A stretch of DNA of 63,032 bases, filler included, from Octopus bimaculoides (taxonomy: Eukaryota), in the NCBI RefSeq assembly GCF_001194135.2. It is 5 parts of 5 records of this genome, joined end to end, with 100 filler letters (N's around TTAATTAATTAA, not from the genome) between each part and the next. Parts side by side here need not be neighbours in the genome. Positions count along the whole stretch, not along the records: positions 52,081 to 63,032 come from NC_068987.1; 4 more parts are not named here. One strand, given 5' to 3'. The position numbers and the translations under genes were made by a program. The first letter of the stretch is position 1, and every line of letters starts with the position of its first letter. Shown here one piece after another: positions 60,998-63,032 of this stretch. The notes below the pieces were generated by a model. The model was not told the DNA's origin and searched no databases. It was given only the letters and a program-made list of their open reading frames with translations.

Positions 60998-61428
60998 AAG
61001 GCGGCGAGCTGGCAGAATCGTTAGCACGCCGGGCGAAATGCTTAGCGGTATTTCGTCTTCCGTTACGTTCTAAGTTCAAATTCTACCGAGGTCGACTTTG
61101 CCTTTCATCCTTTCGGGGTCAATAGATTAAGTACCAGTTATGCACTGGGGTCGATATAATCGACTTAATCTCTTTGTCTGTCCTTGTTTGTCCCCTCTAT
61201 GTTTAGCCCTTTGTGGACAATAAAGAAATAAGAAACGTTAGCACGCCGGGCGAAATGCTTAACAGTATTTCGTCTGTCTTAACGTTGAGTTCAAATTCCA
61301 TGGAGGTCAACTTTGCCTTTCATACTTTTGGGGTCGATAAATTAAGTACCAGATGCATACTGGGGTTGGTCTAATCGACCGATCCCCTCCCAAAATTTTT
61401 TGAGCCTTGTGCCTAGAATAGAAAATGA
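60998..61428 (+). mobile_element. SINE family A dimer: full copy with long tail (60998-61233) fused to a headless copy (61234-61428)
   Basis: Best-preserved copies in the window. The second unit starts at AACGTTAGCACGCCGGGCGAAATG. Confidence 0.9.
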
Positions 61429-61496
61429 TGGCAGAGGCGTAGTAGTAGTAGCAGCAGCTGTCATAGTCATGAATATGTTAGGGTTATGTCCAAACT

Positions 61497-61715
61497 GTTG
61501 TGGTTTAGCCCAAGGTCAGCTTTGGCTAGGCAGAATAATGGTCAAAATATATTTCAAAGTAAAAGCCATTCCACACCATTTTTGTTTCGATTTTAGCCCA
61601 TGGACTGCGCATACAGGACCACTTAATCCAAAATGTCCTTTTCTGATTACAGCAGTAGGATGTGATTTGAGAATGTTTTGGCTGCTATTTCTAATCATTT
61701 CCAACAAATACATAG
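61497..61715. mobile_element. Dispersed repeat family D copy
   Basis: GTTTAGCCCAAGGTCAGC...GTGATTTGAGAATGTTTTGGCTGCTATTTCTA. Confidence 0.6.
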
Positions 61716-62035
61716 AAGGTAGTGGACTCGGCCAGCGGCCAAGCTGGGGCACTATCTTGAAGAATTTTAACTAAACAAATTAACCACAGCACTTCATATT
61801 ATTAACGTTTGGTTACTTATTCATTCAGCCTCTTTTTGCCAAACTGCTAAGTCACATGGATGTAAACAAAACGACAACCATTAAATGATAATGATCGTTA
61901 CTGTCCTTTGCTAATACGAAGAACAAAACCCATCGTTGAATATTTTTCAAGAAACACTCAGGTCACAGGTGAATGATAAGCAAGAATTAGATTTAAGAGG
62001 TACCAACAGCTTTGCACTTAGCACACGTTTATGTG

Positions 62036-62446
62036 TACTCTTTTACTTGTTTCAGTCATTTGACTGCAGCCATGCTGGGGTACCGCCTTTTTTTTAGTCG
62101 AGCAAATCGACCCCAGGACTTATTCTTTGTAAGCCTACTACTTATTCTATCGGTCTCTTTTTGCCGAACCGCTAAATTACAGGGACGAAAACACGCCAGC
62201 CTCAGTTGTCAAGAAAAGTTGGGGGGACAAACACAGACAAAGAAACATATAAACACACATACATATATATAAATACATATATAGGACGGGTTTCTTTCAG
62301 TTTTCGTGTACCAAATCCATTGACAAGGCTTTGGTCGGCCCGAGGTTATAGTAGAAGACACTTGCCCAAGGTGCCACGCAGTGGGACTGAACCCGGAACC
62401 ATGTGGTTGGTAAGCAAGCTACTTACCACACAGTCACTCCTGCGCC
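62036..62446 (-). mobile_element. SINE family B, full-length
   Basis: Complete from tail to head, ending in CACAGTCACTCCTGCGCC. Confidence 0.92.
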
Positions 62447-62664
62447 ATGTGTGTGCACTTTTATACACTCACACACACACACACACATATATATATGTAT
62501 GTATATAAATATATATATTATGTATATACACACATCAATGTATACATTAAGTATTATGACATACAGACCCCCCACATAGATTAACACCCTAATATAAGGT
62601 TGAATAACTAAAATTCTTCGAGTCACATAATTATCGTCATACATAACGATCATCATCCAGAAAC

Positions 62665-62675
62665 AACGATGATGA

Positions 62676-62709
<34 letters not shown>

Positions 62710-62730
62710 GATGATGATGATGATGATGAA
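62665..62730. repeat. (GAT)n(GGT)n(GAT)n microsatellite
   Basis: Direct reading. Confidence 0.95.
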
Positions 62731-63032
62731 TCCATGGCTGCAAATACATTAAAAGCTAGAAATATGTTCTTAGTGTTATTGCTTCGCATATTTGTACAGG
62801 TCCTCTTTATTGGTCGTAAAATGCAGGGACTTCGAGTTCACGTGGAGTTAAGGGCGTAAAAGTGGAATAGAGGTGAGCGTAACTGACTGTTGGGAGGGTT
62901 GCAGTGGGGGGGGGGGAAATAGAGGAGACAGAGATGACGTAGCAACGATTGGAAGCGGAGTAGGGAGCAAAGAGTGGGGAAGGGGATGGCAGTCGTGGTG
63001 GCGTGTAGGATTTGTCCCGGGTGGGATGGAGG

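Overview
Repeat-dominated, AT-rich animal genomic DNA from a gapped short-read assembly. The SINE families and dense di/tri/tetranucleotide microsatellites match what I recall of octopus (coleoid cephalopod) genomes; this is inference, not a search result. Four identical 100-bp spacers (N44-TTAATTAATTAA-N44) split the window into five blocks of about 8.5-23.5 kb, whose true adjacency is unproven. No intact protein-coding gene or active transposon is visible. Supported content: two near-full-length dead mariners with TIRs and TA target sites; fragments of Tc1, DD37D (maT) and a third mariner; R4/Dong-type, Tx1/L1-type and RTE-type LINE relics; about 35 SINE or SINE-like copies from five families (labelled A-E here); and a few candidate minus-strand exons of an unidentified gene. 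The standout is an 8.55-kb CpG-saturated satellite (32639-41192) built from CGTT/CGTA tetramers. It has recurring landmark motifs, ~0.83- and ~1.3-kb higher-order duplications, three strand-polarity switches and a near-perfect 185-bp foldback. A second highlight is a 55-nt near-perfect hairpin inside a mariner catalytic domain (8324-8378). Most long ORFs in the supplied track are artefacts of microsatellites and N-runs.
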